Made by a program: the position numbers and the translations under genes. DNA of 64,000 nucleotides. Origin: Arenicellales bacterium (GTDB lineage Bacteria > Pseudomonadota > Gammaproteobacteria > BMS3Bbin11). The stretch covers positions 3,721 to 67,720 of the forward strand of contig JBLYYR010000200.1 in NCBI GenBank assembly GCA_048550195.1, read 5' to 3'. Under the pieces are notes generated by a model that was not told where the DNA came from, did no database searches, and was given only the letters and a program-made list of their open reading frames with translations. This document shows positions 29,429 through 38,418 of this stretch, piece by piece; position 1 is the stretch's first letter; each line of letters opens with the position of its first letter.

Positions 29429-30175
29429 CTAGACAGGCGTAGACAAATGATCCTTCAGGGCAGGCAAATCAGAGATGCTTATTACTCCCCGCCCCAGCTT
29501 TAACCACCCGCGGCGCTCAAATTCTTTCAGCTGGCGGCTTACTACTTCCCGCGCCGTACCGAGTTCAGCCGCCATTGCCTGATGGGTGCCCGCCACATTG
29601 CCTTCATCATCTGCCATATCCAGCAGATACTGCCCCAGCCGGATATCCATGCGGCCAAAAGCAACATCTTCAACCAGCAGGATCAATTCTGCGATACGTC
29701 GTCCATAGCTGGAGAAAACGAAGCTGCGGAAACCGGCAGATCCGGCGACCCCTTCATCAAAACTGGCGACCGGAATACTGATAGCCCGTATATCCGTTTC
29801 TGTTATACCTTCAGCAGGATAGCGCTGGTGGCTAAGCAGGCAGGAGGTTGTCAGTATGCAGGCTTCACCGGCATTGACTCTGTAAAGTACAATTTCCCGG
29901 CCATTTTCTGCCATTTTCTGAACCCTGATAGTGCCTTCCATGACGAACATATAATTCTGGCACCCATCACCATCGCGAAAAACGGTCGTACCCGCCGGGA
30001 TTTCCACCGGGCGCGCTGAATCCAGCACTTTATGCCAAACCGGATCATCAAGACCGCATAATTCCGGAAAATGTGCCAACCACTCGTCAATAACGGCACG
30101 ATCCAGCCGGGGAGGCTCAGGAACTACAAAATCATCGTTTTTGTTCTGCATGCACGGTGTCTCTTCGGTGGGCAA
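29429..30175 (-). CDS. Crp/Fnr-family regulator without an Fe-S Cys cluster (Dnr/NnrR-like)
   Basis: cNMP-binding beta-roll plus C-terminal HTH with E--SR recognition residues; no N-terminal Cys cluster. Confidence 0.75.
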   Translation of the reverse strand: MPTEETPCMQNKNDDFVVPEPPRLDRAVIDEWLAHFPELCGLDDPVWHKVLDSARPVEIPAGTTVFRDGDGCQNYMFVMEGTIRVQKMAENGREIVLYRVNAGEACILTTSCLLSHQRYPAEGITETDIRAISIPVASFDEGVAGSAGFRSFVFSSYGRRIAELILLVEDVAFGRMDIRLGQYLLDMADDEGNVAGTHQAMAAELGTAREVVSRQLKEFERRGWLKLGRGVISISDLPALKDHLSTPV

Positions 30176-30202
30176 TGGTGGATGCTCTGCTTTGACTGCC
30201 CT

Positions 30203-30937
30203 TCAGCTGCAAAGTGCCTGTAATCTGTCTATATCTTTGAGTTTAATCAATCGATTTTCTACATTTATAATACCGTCTTCGTGCAGGCTACTCATACGAC
30301 GGCTGACGGTCTCCAGTGACAGCCCAAGATAGTTTCCGATTTCTTCGCGTGTCATCGGTAATCTGAACATACTTTTCTCGCTATCTCTCGACGACAGGCG
30401 CCGGTACAGACTAAACAAAAAACAGGCCACGCGCTGTTCAGCACGCATGCTGCCAATGGCCATTAGCATTTCCTCATCATTACGTATTTCCAGGCTCATC
30501 AGGCGAGTGATTTCCTGTTGAATGCCGGGAATCTGCAGGCTGATATTTTCAATACTGCTGTAAGGTAATTCGCAAACCACCGTTTTTTCCAGTGCTACCG
30601 CATTACAATTGTGCATATTGTTGCCAATAGCATCGAGGCCGATCAGTTCCCCGGGAAAATGAAAACCGGTAATCTGTTCCCGTCCGTCGCGCGTACTGCC
30701 ATAGGTTTTGATGGCACCAGATTTAAGAGCAAAAAGTGACTGAAATTTATCACCAGAATGGAAAAGATAATCACTCTTCTTCAACTGTGGTCGATCAATG
30801 ACCAGCTCATCGATTATGTCGATTTCCTCCTGATCGACCGAGACGGGCAAGCATAAGCGTCTTACGGAACAGTAAGCACAGGATGAAAAATCTTTAATTG
30901 GAATTACGCGGTGTTCTGTTTTTTTTGTTAAAGCCAT
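30203..30937 (-). CDS. fnr: oxygen-sensing FNR/ANR regulator
   Basis: N-terminal C-x2-C-x5-C cluster (SSCAYCSVRRLC) plus central Cys, HTH ETVSR. Confidence 0.85.
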   Translation of the reverse strand: MALTKKTEHRVIPIKDFSSCAYCSVRRLCLPVSVDQEEIDIIDELVIDRPQLKKSDYLFHSGDKFQSLFALKSGAIKTYGSTRDGREQITGFHFPGELIGLDAIGNNMHNCNAVALEKTVVCELPYSSIENISLQIPGIQQEITRLMSLEIRNDEEMLMAIGSMRAEQRVACFLFSLYRRLSSRDSEKSMFRLPMTREEIGNYLGLSLETVSRRMSSLHEDGIINVENRLIKLKDIDRLQALCS

Positions 30938-30976
30938 AGTTCTTCTTCGTTAGGGTTGCCTGAGATACGTTATGAT

Positions 30977-32356
30977 CTACCAGGAAACAGTTTTATATCG
31001 CTCTATTTTCATAGTGCCTGACCAGTAATCAGCAGGCAAGCCGGCTTTCACTTTCAGTTGGGATAAAAAAGATGCCGGTTCAGGGAGATTTTCCCATACT
31101 GAGGGCAAAAATGTTCCCCGATTCCCGCCTTCTGTCAATAAGATACCGTCCACGCCCGGCTGCAGTTGAGAAAGTAAATCCTGTTCAGAGGTGAATACCA
31201 TCGGCTCCGGTGTAGTCAGTACCGAGATAGATATCTCGATTTCGTCCATCTCATCCTCTGTTAGTATAGTAAATCGAGGGTCACGGAATGCGGCGGCGAA
31301 GGCATTTTCGGCGATATCTTCAGGCAGGGGCCGATAGGCAGAGAGGCTACCAATACACCCTCTCAGCTGGCCATTCTTCTTCAGCGTAACAAACGCAGCC
31401 CCCTGACAATCAGGCAGCATTTCCCCACCACCGTTTTTGTTGATGTAGTCAGCTACAGAAAGTGGCTCCCCTGTTTTCAGTCCATGCCGGATTGAGGCCA
31501 GGGAAAGTTTTTTCAGTCCTTCTTTTTGCTCATCTGACAACAGCTCCTGCTGAACAGCCTTATCCTGAAACAACCACGCACCGTAACCCACTACACTGCT
31601 TTTGTCACCGGCCGTATCGCCGGAATTACATAATCCTACCCGCTCAGGCCACAGCTGCTTCCTTCGTGCAGCCAGCAGCAGTCCGGAAACGGGCATAAAC
31701 CCGCATGCCAGCTGTCCATTTAACTCCTGTGGCTGCAGACCTTCTATAGCCGATGCTGTCTGGCTGTCCAGAGCCTGTGCCGTCGCATAATCATGGAAAT
31801 GACTCAGGTCAGAACTTATAACTATCAGGGTGCTTTCATCGCCCCATAGATAATCTATTACTTTTTCGACCTGATCTGGTTCTGTATCACCAATCACCAA
31901 TGGGATCAGGCGAAATTCCTCCAGTACTTCCTGTAGAAACGGTAACTGCACTTCCAGGCTATGTTCGTCACGGTGTGACTCCGGTGAACGCTGGACAAAT
32001 GGAAAAACTTCCAGCATTCCGTCAATAGAATTCTGATCGATCGGGATAGTACCAAGTGGTGTCCTGAATTTATCGGCTGCAGGTGCCGCAATCCCATGAA
32101 AATAGACCCTGTGTGCTGGCCCTAACAATACGACAGTTTTGATTTTCTTGCGCTCTGGCAGTAGTGATGCATAGGCCTGCGCGGCCAGCTCGCCGGAATA
32201 GATATAACCCGCGTGCGGGACAATCAACGCTTTAATTGGAGCCGATGACGTAGCCTTAGCTTCCGCCTTCTCTAGTAACTCGCTTACCGTTTGCTGCAGG
32301 ATCTCCGGGTCAGCAGGATAAAATGTGCCGGCAACGGCAGGTTCTCTTGTCAGCAT
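30977..32356 (-). CDS. fusion protein: MEMO1-family (AmmeMemoRadiSam system protein B) N-terminal domain + AMMECR1 (system protein A) C-terminal domain
   Basis: N-term AGTFYP...IVPHAGYIYSG (Memo-like); C-term LRGCIGS AMMECR1 signature. Confidence 0.75.
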   Translation of the reverse strand: MLTREPAVAGTFYPADPEILQQTVSELLEKAEAKATSSAPIKALIVPHAGYIYSGELAAQAYASLLPERKKIKTVVLLGPAHRVYFHGIAAPAADKFRTPLGTIPIDQNSIDGMLEVFPFVQRSPESHRDEHSLEVQLPFLQEVLEEFRLIPLVIGDTEPDQVEKVIDYLWGDESTLIVISSDLSHFHDYATAQALDSQTASAIEGLQPQELNGQLACGFMPVSGLLLAARRKQLWPERVGLCNSGDTAGDKSSVVGYGAWLFQDKAVQQELLSDEQKEGLKKLSLASIRHGLKTGEPLSVADYINKNGGGEMLPDCQGAAFVTLKKNGQLRGCIGSLSAYRPLPEDIAENAFAAAFRDPRFTILTEDEMDEIEISISVLTTPEPMVFTSEQDLLSQLQPGVDGILLTEGGNRGTFLPSVWENLPEPASFLSQLKVKAGLPADYWSGTMKIERYKTVSW

Positions 32357-32469
32357 GTCACTCTCCGCAATGTGTTGATAGTGAGCGTGTTAGTAGATTG
32401 TATTCCTCCAGATGCGGGGTGACAATGTTGATTTTGTTTACTTTTTTCTGCTGATGGCTTTTCTTTATC

Positions 32470-33528
32470 TCATTCAGGAAGCGGTTTCCCCGACCCCAGC
32501 AACACAGCTATCCACTGCGTCTCCGGACGCGCTTCCAGACCAAGCTTGATCACCATCGTCAATGGCACCGACAAAAACATGCCTGTTGTACCTAGAATCC
32601 AGCCCCAGAAAACAAGTGAAAGGAACACCACCAAAGTAGAAAGCCCTAGTTTGTCACCAAGAAACTTCGGTTCTATTATATTTCCAACCAGGACATTAAC
32701 CAGCAGGTAACCGGCGATCACCCAGACTGCAGTCAATGGACCGGCAGTAACCAGAGCCAGTAATACTGCCGGAACCGCAGCAATGATGGATCCGATGTTA
32801 GGAATATAATTAAGTATAAATGCCGTCAGCCCCCATAATAATGCATATTCAATATCGAGCAGCCACAACCAGAAAAAGATAAGCAAGCCGGTAGCCAGGC
32901 TGGTCAGACTTTTGATGGCCATGTATTTATTAACGCTTGCCAGGAAGCCGGTGATTTGTTGAGTCTGTGCATCATCGACGTTGCCTGAGATTATCTGCAT
33001 CTTATATTTTAGGGCCACCCCCTCAAAGAGTAAAAACATTACTGTCAGAAATATCAGAAAGCCGTTAGTCAGTAAATTACCCAGCCCATTAAAAACTTTA
33101 CCGACATAGCTAAGTGCAATACTGGGGTTAATGAGTTCTCTCAAATCCTCAGCAATCCAGGAGATGCCCCGTGCATTTAACCAGACCGACAATCGACTAA
33201 TCTCGTCCTGAAGCCTGCTCTGGTATTCAGGTAACTGGGTGGTGAATTTATGAATAGAACCCCCGAGAATGGATATAAAAACAGTGCCCGCAAGCCCAAT
33301 AAGGATGACCACAATAGCCAGGGCCAGCCACATCGGCATGCCCCGGGCTTTCAGTGTGTTGATTGCCGGCGCACAGATAATCGCTATAAAAGCAGATAAT
33401 AGAAATGGCACAATGAGAGATGCCGCCGCCTTCATGCCGGCAACAATGATGATAAAGCTTGCCAATCCTAACGCTATTCGCAGGGCGCTGCCGTTTTCTT
33501 GAAGGGTGTTCATGGCACAAAGTTTCAA
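32470..33528 (-). CDS. AI-2E family transporter (PerM/YhhT, UPF0118)
   Basis: 352 aa, 7-8 TM helices. Confidence 0.8.
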   Translation of the reverse strand: MKLCAMNTLQENGSALRIALGLASFIIIVAGMKAAASLIVPFLLSAFIAIICAPAINTLKARGMPMWLALAIVVILIGLAGTVFISILGGSIHKFTTQLPEYQSRLQDEISRLSVWLNARGISWIAEDLRELINPSIALSYVGKVFNGLGNLLTNGFLIFLTVMFLLFEGVALKYKMQIISGNVDDAQTQQITGFLASVNKYMAIKSLTSLATGLLIFFWLWLLDIEYALLWGLTAFILNYIPNIGSIIAAVPAVLLALVTAGPLTAVWVIAGYLLVNVLVGNIIEPKFLGDKLGLSTLVVFLSLVFWGWILGTTGMFLSVPLTMVIKLGLEARPETQWIAVLLGSGKPLPE

Positions 33529-33552
33529 GTGTTAAGTTTCAAGTGTCAAGCT
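33519..33552. repeat. short direct repeat agtttcaagtgtt / agtttcaagtgtc flanking REP copy 3
   Basis: direct reading. Confidence 0.6.
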
Positions 33553-33557
33553 TGAAA

Positions 33558-33612
33558 AAAATGATTTACGGTTTACGGTTTACGTAAATCATAAAACGTA
33601 ACACCTAAAACT
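33558..33612. repeat. REP-like repeat copy 3
   Basis: aaaaaaatgatttacggtttacggtttacgtaaatcataaaacgtaacacctaaaac. Confidence 0.8.
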
Positions 33613-33631
33613 TTCCTGCCACGGCCCTTAA

Positions 33632-33949
33632 CTAAATTTCCTCGCACAATGATTTCGTCTCAATCTTGTACAGAGCATCAATCTTTTCAATCGTTACAAT
33701 ACCGTCACCCGCCACACCAGTATGGGCAGCATCCATTATTTCCTCCGCTGTTTTTTTTGCCCTGTCATCACTAATGAATAGTTCAACACATGTGTGTTGA
33801 GTCATGCCATCAGGCGTATATAAATTTGCATAGTGGCCCCGACCCTTTACTTCAAAAAAACTATATCCCGGTACTTCCAGTTCAAGAAGACGTTGTTCGA
33901 TTGCCTGCAATCTGTCAGGTTGAACGATAGCGCTTATCTTTGTTGTCAT
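33632..33949 (-). CDS. small P-II-fold protein associated with heavy-metal RND pumps (DUF3240-like)
   Basis: 105 aa, GlnB-like pattern; directly downstream of cusA. Confidence 0.6.
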   Translation of the reverse strand: MTTKISAIVQPDRLQAIEQRLLELEVPGYSFFEVKGRGHYANLYTPDGMTQHTCVELFISDDRAKKTAEEIMDAAHTGVAGDGIVTIEKIDALYKIETKSLCEEI

Positions 33950-33980
33950 ATCCTGCCCTCATAAATAATATTGTTTACAC

Positions 33981-36900
33981 TCAATTCTCATTTTCTCTCG
34001 CCTCACGCATTTTCCACATCAAGAATACCGCTGGAATTATGATGAGCGTCAACAAGGTTGCACTGACCATGCCACCAACCATGGGTGCTGCAATTCGCCG
34101 CATTACTTCAGAACCAGTACCTGACCCCAGCATGATAGGTAGCAGGCCGGCGATAATAGCCGCTACGGTCATCATCACCGGGCGCACCCTTAAAAGTGCG
34201 CCGTTGACTACCGCATCCTTTAAATCTTCAATACCCGGTTTACCCTGACGATCAACATTCATCTTTTTCCATGCCTGGTTAAGGTAAACCAGCATCACTA
34301 CCCCGATCTCTACCGCAACGCCAGCCAGTGCAATGAACCCGACACCAACAGCTACCGATATGTTGTACTCAAGAAAATACAACAACCAGAACCCACCTGT
34401 CAGAGCCAGCGGCAATGTCCCCATGATGATTAGTACTTCGGTCATGTTTCTGAAGTTGAGGTATAGCAATAGCAGTATTATTGCCAATGTAACAGGTACT
34501 ACTCTGGCCAGGCGCTGTTTGGCCCTTACCATGTATTCATACTGTCCCGACCAGGAGATTGAATAGCCGGCAGGCAGCTTCACCTTTTCAGAAATAGTTC
34601 GTTGTGCTTCGGTGACGTAGGATCCCAGGTCACGGCCCTCGATATCTACGAAAGTCCAGCCATTAAGCCTGGCATCCTCGGATTTGATCATTGCCGGCCC
34701 TGACTCAATCCGTATGTCCGCTACTTCGCCGAGCGAAATGCTGGCACCCATCGGGGTAACAATTGGCAAGTTACGTAATTTCTCTACCGAGTTTCTAACA
34801 TCACGAGGGTAACGAATATTTATTGGGTAACGCTCAAGACCTTCAACGCTTTGAGATACATTCATGCCACCGACAGCGGCCATAATCACGGATTGTATAT
34901 CCGCAATATTTAGCCCCAGTCTGCCGGCATCACGTCGCCGTACATCAACGGTAACATAGCGCCCGCCAGCAACACGTTCAGAGTACGCTGAGACCGTACC
35001 CGGCACGGTCAAGATGATTTTTTCAACATCCTTACCGATCTCCTCAATGACCTTAAGATCCGGCCCGGCAACCTTGATACCTACCGGTGTCTTAATCCCG
35101 GTCGCCAACATGTCGATACGTGTTTTGATTGGCATTACAAAGGCATTTGTAAGCCCCGGGAACTTGATCAGCTGATTAAGCTCACGGCGTAATTTTTCGG
35201 TCGTCATACCCTCACGCCATTCATCTTTCGGTTTAAGCTGGATGGTTGTTTCGATCATCGTCAAGGGTGCGGGATCAGTAGCAGAATCTGCCCGCCCGAT
35301 CTTTCCGAATACCGACTTGACCTCAGGTACAGTCTTTATCAATTTATCCGTCTGCTGCAATAACTGCTGCGCCTTGCCGATAGAGATACCCGGAAAGGTT
35401 GTTGGCATATACATGATATCGCCTTCATCCAGATCCGGCATAAATTCAGAACCAATTCGGGTCAGCGGATAGAGGCCACTTGCTGCTACTGTAAGGGCGA
35501 CAATTAGAACGATGACAGGCGCTTTAAGTACCAGCTTTATTACTGGCCCATAGATTGCCATTAATAAGCGGTTTACCGGATTTTTATGCTCAGGCGTGAT
35601 TTTCCCCCTGACAAAATACCCCATCAGCACCGGCACCAGTGTTATGGACAGCAATGCCGCTGAGGCCATGGCAAAGGTCTTGGTAAACGCCAGGGGTGCA
35701 AACAGTTTGCCCTCCTGGGCTTCCAGAGTAAATACAGGAAGAAATGACAAAGTAATTATTATCAGGGAGAAAAATAATGGTGGGCCAACTTCAATAGAAG
35801 CCTGCCTGATCAGTTCCCAGTGGTCATACTTTGCATCTCCTTCACGTTCAATATGTTTGTGCACGTTCTCTATCATCACAATCGCCGCATCGACCATCGC
35901 ACCAATGGCAATCGCGATGCCTCCCAGTGACATGATGTTGGCATTCATCCCCTGTGACTGCATGATGATAAATGCGGCCAGTATGCCAACCGGCAGTGAC
36001 AATACGATGACCAGTGCTGAACGTAAATGAAAAAGGAAAACCAGGCACACCAGGGCAACGACTATAAACTCTTCTATCAGTTTTCCGTTCAAATTCTTTA
36101 CTGCACGGTTAATCAGGCTGGAACGGTTATAGGTTTCAATTATTTCTACACCTTCAGGTAAGCCATTTTGCAGCTCTTTGAGCTTGGACTTAACACCTTC
36201 GATAGTCGTCAGTGCATTTTCACCATAGCGCATGACAACCACACCGCCGACGACTTCCCCTTCACCATCAAGCTCTGCTATGCCACGACGCATCTGCGGA
36301 CCGGTACGGATATCAGCAATATTTTTTAATTGTATTGGTGTGCCGTTATCGCCTATGGCGACAACAATACTTTCCAGATCCTGATTCTTTGATATATAAC
36401 CCGTCGATCGGACCATATATTCTGCTTCGGCCATCTCAATAACAGAACCGCCTACTTCCTGATTTGCACGCTGTATCGATTTTTTAATCTTACTTAAGGG
36501 GATGTTATAGGCACGAAGTTTGTTCGGGTCGATGACCACCTGATACTGCTTCACCATACCGCCAATGGTGGCGACTTCAGATACACCATCAACAGTCTGT
36601 AATTCAAACTTAAGAAACCAGTCTTGCAAACTGCGCAACTCGGCAAGGTCGGTTTTACCCGTACGGTCAACCAGCGCATATTGATATACCCAGCCGACAC
36701 CAGTGGCGTCAGGGCCCAGCGAGGGCACCGCCTGTGGCGGCAATTTTGCAGTTACCTGGTTGAGATATTCCAGTACTCGTGATCGGGCCCAGTAAGGGTC
36801 TGTGCCATCTTCAAAGATGATATAGACATAAGAATCACCAAAGAATGAGTAGCCACGTACAGTAGTCGCTTTTGGTACCGACAACATGGCGGTAGTCATC

Positions 36901-37103
36901 GGGTAGGTAACCTGATCCTCTACCACCTGCGGTGCCTGTCCCGGATAACTCGTTTTTACGATGACCTGTACGTCGGATAAGTCCGGGATAGCATCAAGCG
37001 GTATGGTGCGAATGGCATTGATTCCCCAGGCAACAACAACGGCCGTTAGCACAAGAATCATAAAACGGTTCTTTAATGACCAGTTTATAATGAATTCAAT
37101 CAT
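33981..37103 (-). CDS. cusA: heavy-metal (Cu/Ag) efflux RND permease CusA; start at MIEFIINW (ATG 37103, GGGGAA RBS), 4 nt after the cusB stop
   Basis: near-colinear with E. coli CusA from MIEWII.. to ..PAAYKLMW; Met cluster and AIGAMVDAAIVMIEN motif. Confidence 0.92.
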   Translation of the reverse strand: MIEFIINWSLKNRFMILVLTAVVVAWGINAIRTIPLDAIPDLSDVQVIVKTSYPGQAPQVVEDQVTYPMTTAMLSVPKATTVRGYSFFGDSYVYIIFEDGTDPYWARSRVLEYLNQVTAKLPPQAVPSLGPDATGVGWVYQYALVDRTGKTDLAELRSLQDWFLKFELQTVDGVSEVATIGGMVKQYQVVIDPNKLRAYNIPLSKIKKSIQRANQEVGGSVIEMAEAEYMVRSTGYISKNQDLESIVVAIGDNGTPIQLKNIADIRTGPQMRRGIAELDGEGEVVGGVVVMRYGENALTTIEGVKSKLKELQNGLPEGVEIIETYNRSSLINRAVKNLNGKLIEEFIVVALVCLVFLFHLRSALVIVLSLPVGILAAFIIMQSQGMNANIMSLGGIAIAIGAMVDAAIVMIENVHKHIEREGDAKYDHWELIRQASIEVGPPLFFSLIIITLSFLPVFTLEAQEGKLFAPLAFTKTFAMASAALLSITLVPVLMGYFVRGKITPEHKNPVNRLLMAIYGPVIKLVLKAPVIVLIVALTVAASGLYPLTRIGSEFMPDLDEGDIMYMPTTFPGISIGKAQQLLQQTDKLIKTVPEVKSVFGKIGRADSATDPAPLTMIETTIQLKPKDEWREGMTTEKLRRELNQLIKFPGLTNAFVMPIKTRIDMLATGIKTPVGIKVAGPDLKVIEEIGKDVEKIILTVPGTVSAYSERVAGGRYVTVDVRRRDAGRLGLNIADIQSVIMAAVGGMNVSQSVEGLERYPINIRYPRDVRNSVEKLRNLPIVTPMGASISLGEVADIRIESGPAMIKSEDARLNGWTFVDIEGRDLGSYVTEAQRTISEKVKLPAGYSISWSGQYEYMVRAKQRLARVVPVTLAIILLLLYLNFRNMTEVLIIMGTLPLALTGGFWLLYFLEYNISVAVGVGFIALAGVAVEIGVVMLVYLNQAWKKMNVDRQGKPGIEDLKDAVVNGALLRVRPVMMTVAAIIAGLLPIMLGSGTGSEVMRRIAAPMVGGMVSATLLTLIIIPAVFLMWKMREARENEN

Positions 37104-37107
37104 GACA

Positions 37108-38418
37108 TTATTCCCCGTCACCCATGCGCGTCAGACTTCCCTTAAGGCTGGCTTCTGAATCAATCAGGAATTGACCGGAGATAACTACTTTTTCGCCTCC
37201 CTGCAGGCCATCAAGGATTTCGGTGTATTCACCAGATTCAATCCCTGTTTTTACTTCGCGCGCATAAAACTTACCGCCCTCTTTTGCTACCAGCACGCGC
37301 GTCATTCTGCCACTGTTTATTATTGCTTCACGTGGTACAAACAGAGCATCCTGTTTGATGCCTGAATATAATTTCACATTGGCATACATATTTGGTTTCA
37401 GACTTTCATCCGGGTTGTCAAACTGCAGCCTGACCCGCAGGGTACGGGTCTTTTTATCCAGCTCAGGATAAACATAGACAACATCGCCCTGCCGTGTCTG
37501 CCCGGGTAAAAATGATAGTGATATCTCAGCTGGCTGTCCTTGTTTTACCCAGCTCGCCTGCTGCTCAAACACTTCAACCTGCACCCAGACTTTAGAAAGA
37601 TCAACCAGCGACATGATTCGTGTTGCCGGTTTCACAAACATGCCCTGTGGTGTGTTCAGTGATGTAACAATGCCATCCTGAGGTGCGCGAAATGTGACAT
37701 GCTGTTTTACTTTTCGCGTCTTTCTGAGTTCATCTATCTGGTCAGAAGAGATATCCAGTGAGGATAAGCGGTCTCGCGAAGATCGAATCAGGCGCTGGTT
37801 TTTTGATTTCAGTGCCTCCAGGTATTCCTCCTGGGCATTGACCAGCGTCGGGGAATACAACTCGAACAGGGGGTCCCCCATTTTCACCCGTTCACCTTCG
37901 TTAGTAACGTAAAGTTTCTCAATCCAGCCTTCGATTCGAAGATGTATATGGCCGATAAGCGATTCATCAAAGGACACATATCCGACAGTATCAATCATGC
38001 GGCCCAGGCGCCCTCTCTCAGCCATTGCCGTGCGAACTCCAAGGTTTTGTACCATTGCGGGAGAGATAGTGACGGCACCTGCATCGTCACCTGTTTCCTC
38101 ATAAACCGGGACCAGGTCCATTCCCATGGGTGACTTACCGGGTTCATCCCGACGGTAATTAGCATCCATCGGGGCGACCCAGTAAGCAATTTTTTTCTCT
38201 TTTTTTGCAGTCATCGTGTCTTTGTATACGGGTATTAAATCCATTCCCATGGGTGACTTGCCTGGCTTATCTTTTTTATAGTTCGGATCCATCGGGGCAA
38301 CCCAGTAGTCAACCTTTTTCTCCATATCCTCACCTGACATTTCACCCTCTGTTGACTCACCACACGCACTCAGCAGCCCTGCTGATAACAGGATCAATAT
38401 TAATTTCAATTTTTTCAT
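37108..38418 (-). CDS. cusB: efflux RND periplasmic adaptor CusB with tandemly duplicated Met-rich N-terminal metal-binding motif
   Basis: lipoprotein signal LLSAC; two copies of YWVAPMD(P/A)NY..PGKSPMGMDL(I/V)PVY; membrane-fusion beta-barrel/hairpin domains. Confidence 0.88.
   Translation of the reverse strand: MKKLKLILILLSAGLLSACGESTEGEMSGEDMEKKVDYWVAPMDPNYKKDKPGKSPMGMDLIPVYKDTMTAKKEKKIAYWVAPMDANYRRDEPGKSPMGMDLVPVYEETGDDAGAVTISPAMVQNLGVRTAMAERGRLGRMIDTVGYVSFDESLIGHIHLRIEGWIEKLYVTNEGERVKMGDPLFELYSPTLVNAQEEYLEALKSKNQRLIRSSRDRLSSLDISSDQIDELRKTRKVKQHVTFRAPQDGIVTSLNTPQGMFVKPATRIMSLVDLSKVWVQVEVFEQQASWVKQGQPAEISLSFLPGQTRQGDVVYVYPELDKKTRTLRVRLQFDNPDESLKPNMYANVKLYSGIKQDALFVPREAIINSGRMTRVLVAKEGGKFYAREVKTGIESGEYTEILDGLQGGEKVVISGQFLIDSEASLKGSLTRMGDGE
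38088..38319 (-). repeat. ~115-bp tandem duplication inside cusB encoding the duplicated Met-rich motif
   Basis: ccattcccatgggtgactt(a/g)cc(g/t)gg...atccatcggggc(g/a)acccagta repeated twice. Confidence 0.8.

Noticed and set aside
33519-33625. Riboswitch or tRNA-like structure in REP-rich gaps
   Set aside because: No conserved riboswitch cores or tRNA T-loop (GGTTCGAATCC-like) were found anywhere in the window. The structures are simple REP palindromes.
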